Notes under the pieces: generated by a model
Database searches by the model: none
Told to the model about the DNA's origin: nothing
Seen by the model: only the letters and a program-made list of their open reading frames with translations
Position numbers and translations under genes: made by a program
Origin: Escherichia phage HildyBeyeler
Reading direction: 5' to 3' (one strand)
Sequence record: MZ501074
DNA length: 64,000 nt
Shown: piece after piece, positions 62,203 through 64,000 of the stretch
Numbering within the stretch: the stretch's first letter is position 1
Layout of the letters: each line of letters begins with the position of its first letter

Positions 62203-63990
62203 ATGGGTTTTTTCGCTGGAAAATATAGTGATGGTAAAACTGTATTATCACTAAACAAGGTGAATGGGGGGGATATTAATGCTCACAAAACTCCTAACGC
62301 CAATACTATATTTCATTCTGACATGCCATTTGTTCTAGTTGAGAGTACGTATGAGAGTGCGTTAAGTAGTGCTGGTAATGGGTTCTTTGTATGTCAAATG
62401 CCTTCTGATATAGCTAATTTAAAGAGCAACGACCCTGGTAGAGTTATACTAACCGCTGTTGAGATAAACGGTACACATAGAGCTTTTCTTAATGGTACTC
62501 AATCCCAGGTTGGGCAGTTCTCAGCATTTTTCGAGGATTTTGCTAGTGGTAGGGCTGGTGCTGAATTATCTGTAACATCTGCTTTTGCGATCGGTGATAG
62601 TTTAGCACACGGTACTTATACTTATAACTCTGGTTTAGGCCATGAGGAATCTATTGCTCGACAAGGTTCTGGGGGCAGTTTACTACAGGCCTCTGGGTTC
62701 CTGATCTATAGACCTGGTGGTGTTTCTGCTGGTGAAGCCATTTCCAGAGCCTGGAATCTTATGGGTTTTCCAGCGGGTGTCTCTACTGTTCCTTTAGATA
62801 GTAATCACGCAGATTATTGGGAGCCTAACTGGCAGGCACCTATTGGGTCTGCTGGTAGAGGTCACAATTGGTTTTATGTTTGTAACTCCAATATTCGTGG
62901 CTTTGCAGGTAAGAAAGGTGTATTACCAAATAACGTAAACGTTATTTATAAATCCCCCGCATACCCAGAAAAAATCTATGTTTGTAGAGGTTCTACCTCT
63001 AACTTAGCGAATCAAAGTGCTAAAAAAATGATTGTACAAGATAATTTTAATGTAACTCCAACTAAGGTTATTTGGTACGTATTGAATCTTAAGTACTCTA
63101 ATGGGGGTATGAGTGTTGCTAGTAATCCCTTTACTGGATCCGATATTCATATAAGTCCATCTAACTTTACTATAAAAGGTGTTAGTCTTCCAAACACTAG
63201 CTACAAATTCATTAATCAGAATGCTTTTGGTAATTTAGCGTCTAGACCTGATATGGAGTATGTTGGTAATAACGCTGCGTATACCGGAGTTTTTGGTGAT
63301 AATACTGCAAGATGTGAAATTGTAGGTTCTAATAAAGGCTCTTTATGGTCTCCAGTAGATTATGGTGGTTCTAAGTCTCAGATAAGTATTTACAAATTCT
63401 CTGCTGGTAAGCAATGGTATGTTAATTCCAACAATAATACTATAGGTAATGAGCATGGAGTTGTTTGGGGACCCTCTTCAGTACCTTTACGATTACTACC
63501 AAATAACGTAGCCAGTACTTATATAGGTGATGACATAAACCCTTCTTACCCGGGTACAGGTAACAAGTATGTAGCCTTATCCACAGTAAGTCTTGGACTA
63601 CCAAATGCAAACTCTACAGTAATCCTAACTACTGAAGTAGTTGCTGGAAATCTTAATACTGCTGGAATGCCTGTGCGTACTTACAGTGGTAGCGCTTGGC
63701 AGGTACAAGGTAGACGTAAACAAAGTTACACAGCTGGTGATGGCATATTCCATCAAATATTAACTTTACCACCCAACCATCTAGTACCATTCCATACTAC
63801 AGCTTCCTATAGCTATGCACAAACTCAGGCTAGTAGGCCTGATGATTTAACATTTACTAGAAATGGGTTTATTTATACTATTAAAAATTTGGGTAACGGT
63901 AACGTTGAGTTGGGTGTAGTTATACATGCTGCGGAAGCGGCAGCTGTTTTCTTACCAAGACTACGTGTAACAGTTCAACGCCTTACCTAA
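62203..63990 (+). CDS. receptor-binding tail protein candidate (pb5/Oad-like)
   Basis: 595 aa Gly/Asn/Ser-rich protein adjacent and divergent to llp-like gene; AGGAG RBS; no sequence motif recognised. Confidence 0.4.
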   Translation: MGFFAGKYSDGKTVLSLNKVNGGDINAHKTPNANTIFHSDMPFVLVESTYESALSSAGNGFFVCQMPSDIANLKSNDPGRVILTAVEINGTHRAFLNGTQSQVGQFSAFFEDFASGRAGAELSVTSAFAIGDSLAHGTYTYNSGLGHEESIARQGSGGSLLQASGFLIYRPGGVSAGEAISRAWNLMGFPAGVSTVPLDSNHADYWEPNWQAPIGSAGRGHNWFYVCNSNIRGFAGKKGVLPNNVNVIYKSPAYPEKIYVCRGSTSNLANQSAKKMIVQDNFNVTPTKVIWYVLNLKYSNGGMSVASNPFTGSDIHISPSNFTIKGVSLPNTSYKFINQNAFGNLASRPDMEYVGNNAAYTGVFGDNTARCEIVGSNKGSLWSPVDYGGSKSQISIYKFSAGKQWYVNSNNNTIGNEHGVVWGPSSVPLRLLPNNVASTYIGDDINPSYPGTGNKYVALSTVSLGLPNANSTVILTTEVVAGNLNTAGMPVRTYSGSAWQVQGRRKQSYTAGDGIFHQILTLPPNHLVPFHTTASYSYAQTQASRPDDLTFTRNGFIYTIKNLGNGNVELGVVIHAAEAAAVFLPRLRVTVQRLT

Positions 63991-64000
63991 AGGAGGAAAT

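Overview
This window reads as a T5-like (Demerecviridae-type) lytic phage genome segment, assigned by hand from motifs and gene order with no database search. Positions 1-49.4 kb are a densely packed early region, mostly on the plus strand: nucleotide metabolism (nrdD, phoH, nrdA, nrdB, DHFR, thyA, RNase H, dNMP kinase, thioredoxin-like, GrcA-like glycyl-radical protein), Sir2 and NADAR proteins, five HNH homing endonucleases, a holin/endolysin cassette, and a cluster of about 25 tRNA genes. More than 20 near-identical promoters (TTGCTT/TTGCTA, 17 bp, TATAAT) punctuate it. Positions 49.4-51.2 kb are ORF-free and repeat-dense: a consensus sigma70 promoter, ten copies of a 13-bp iteron, tandem 24-bp repeats and DnaA boxes. 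Positions 50.8-54.5 kb hold a leftward operon of nine uncharacterised genes bracketed by inverted DnaA-box triplets; this is the best candidate for an undescribed system. Positions 55.2-60.1 kb look like pre-early genes (A1-like nuclease, A2-like, HAD-type dmp), followed by a fifth HNH gene, five translationally coupled mini membrane-protein genes, an Llp-like lipoprotein gene and the start of a receptor-binding-protein gene. Coordinates of hand-called tRNAs, promoters and terminators may be off by 1-2 nt.
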